Assembly (NCBI GenBank): GCA_013265495.1 | Contig: MU058636.1 | Coordinates: forward strand, 2,232,001-2,296,000 | DNA from: Vicugna vicugna | Lineage: Eukaryota | Length of the DNA: 64,000 bases | Direction of reading: 5' to 3' | Shown here: piece after piece, positions 62,101 to 64,000 of the stretch | How the letters are laid out: every line of letters begins with the position of its first letter | Position numbering within the stretch: position 1 is the first letter of the stretch | Made by a program: the position numbers and the translations under genes | Notes under the pieces: model-generated | The model's input: the letters and a program-made list of their open reading frames with translations, nothing else | The model's database searches: none | Told to the model about the DNA's origin: nothing

Positions 62101-63522
62101 ACTTCCCACCCTACGTTACATCCACTTCCGAATAAAAGATGCAACTGTCACACAGAACAATGCACAGAGTATGATGTAACTTTCAGTAAAACAAACAGTC
62201 CTCGGTGTGCGTGCCTGGAAAAGGTCCAGGTGGATGGTCACCGCCCTGCTGACCCCTTCTGAGGAGGCAGGCCCTCACCTCTTGCTTTACATACTTTAAA
62301 TATTTCTGTTGTTTGGATGTTTTTAGAAAGAGCATGGGTTATGTTTGTAACGTGCCATCTATACATGCTAACACTGAGGAAACCATCACCAGGATTTGGA
62401 GGTCAAGGGCAAGCTTCTCAAGTGTAGCCCATGGGGCAGGACTTCTGTTCTCCCACTGACATTGCTTCCCTAAACCTTTGTCCTCTTCACTATCAACCGG
62501 GATCATAGCCCTGCCTGGGGGGCCTTGGGGAGATTCTCAGTACGTACACCATCTCTACATTCTATTACCTATAAGCATTATAATACTCTATGTCGTTCTT
62601 CACACTGCAGTATCTTGAAATTTCTTCCTTATTTAAAAATCTGGCAGTCAACCTAGGGTACCTCCCGTTTCTGTGGTTGCGGAACCCTGGTCAAACTCAC
62701 ATAAGACTTCAATGGTGGTTCAACACATTGGAAGCTTCCAAATTCCAAATCCCTTTTCCTGGCACCAGGCCTGCCCTGACTCCACACTCTGGGAAGGCTG
62801 GTGATTTCCCATGAAGTAACACTGGGTAAGGATTAGGCCATTTTTCAAAGCTTGTTTTCTCTTTTAATCATGGGGGTGGGGGAATCAAACTTAGTCAAAA
62901 CAAAACAGCAACAACATGTTGCCAGAGATGTCTGCGGGGAAAGTGGAGATAAACAAGATGCTCTCCTGGGTCTCCTGATGGCAGCTGACCGCAGCTCACT
63001 GGCACCTGCAGGTGCCAGGCCCCGGGTTTTATCGGGCCCCATCTGTTACCCCCACGGTTCTACAAGAGCTCACTGCAAGGGACCAATGCTCACCTTGGGG
63101 TTTCTAAATGTCAGGGCAGCCCTCAGTCACCAACAGTTCCATGTTTTTGTTTTTAGTAAGAGAGAACAAATAAACCCTGCAGACTGCTTCGTCTGCAGTG
63201 TTGCTGATGACGGGGAAACTGCACATCAAGGACACGCTTTAGATGAATGGGACCTACAGGAGCCTGACATAATTCGATGAGCAGGACCTATGGAAAAGTA
63301 CCTGCTTTTAAGCCCTTGTTGAAACCCTCCATTCAGCTTCTCCAATAAAAACTCCAGAATTTCACTGGTACTTCTGACATCGGGTGAAATGAACACCCGC
63401 TTCCTGGAGGAAGCTGACTTTAAGTTGAAGGGAAAGGAAAGACTGATCTGCTCCCTGCGGGAAGCAGGGAGATCCCGGTCATCACCCCAGCCCTTTCATT
63501 CGAACACATAGCCGTGGAGACC

Positions 63523-63672
63523 CGGGAGCAGGGCCTACCTGGGAGGAAGTTCGGGAGCAGGGCCTACCTGGGAGGAAGTTCCGAGCAGGATACGGAGGTG
63601 GCAGGAGGGGCTGGCCAGAGCGCACGCAGGGCCTGAGCTGTCCCGCTGGGCCTGAGCTGTCCCGCTGGGCCT
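63523..63672 (+). repeat. Two adjacent perfect tandem duplications (29 bp x ~2.3; 19 bp x ~2.3)
   Basis: cgggagcagggcctacctgggaggaagtt at 63523 and 63552; gggcctgagctgtcccgct at 63629 and 63648. Confidence 0.95.
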
Positions 63673-64000
63673 CTGACACAAATGGGATGCGGCGTTTGGG
63701 TTACAAAGTGGTCCTGGCATTGAAGGGAGAAAACAGAGGTGCTGCCTTCTCACACACGTGGGGGATGGGACCCCGGAACAAGTGATGGGGAGCGTGATGA
63801 AAAAGATCTAGGTCCCAGCAAGAGCCAGGTTAGAGGCAGTGGAGTGTTGGCGTCCCGCTCACACACCTGGAAGTCGTCCACAACGGCCCAGAAACAAAAG
63901 GCCGGTCCGTCTTCTTTTAAAGGAAGAGGAGTTGTTTATAAGAGGGGAGCGTGAGTAAAGGCGGGAGAAATGAACTTTTCGTGAATATTAGAGGGTGTTT

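Noticed and set aside
63523..63672. CRISPR-like array
   Set aside because: The repeats are directly adjacent with no spacers, there are only ~2 copies, the context is mammalian and there are no cas genes.
1..64000. A novel multi-gene biological system
   Set aside because: No intact coding genes or operon-like organisation were found; the unusual structures are explained by retrotransposition and local rearrangement.

Overview
Mammalian genomic DNA, most likely camelid (alpaca/llama/camel), judged from nine tRNA-derived SINEs of the 'GGGGAGGGTATAGCTCAGTGGTAGAGC...GGTTCAATCCCCAGTACCTCC' type (Vic-1-like; family recalled from memory, not searched). The window is mostly intronic or intergenic and rich in repeats: old L1M, younger L1 3' ends, L2, MIR, L3/CR1, MER5, MER91, LTR16, MER21 and microsatellites. 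It has one clear CpG-island promoter (~7.3-8.7 kb) of a gene I cannot name, with a candidate minus-strand alternative first exon at ~2.4 kb. It also has one recognisable gene relic, a processed RPL29 pseudogene (23.3-24.2 kb) with an expanded Ala/Pro hexamer repeat. No intact protein-coding gene, real tRNA/rRNA gene or CRISPR array is supported, and nearly all ORFs in the track look like chance or repeat-derived frames. I did not find a convincing new biological system. The most unusual signals are retrotransposition structures: (1) a twin-primed L1 whose 3' end, poly(A) and target-site duplication (TSD) are flipped by a ~450-bp inversion (50.0-52.0 kb); (2) a SINE plus L1-tail chimera inside one TSD (55.5 kb); (3) an unidentified polyadenylated retrocopy splitting a MER5A (53.65 kb); (4) repeated insertions at the same target site (36.3 kb and 37.8 kb). 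Repeat boundaries and subfamily names are approximate, assigned by eye.
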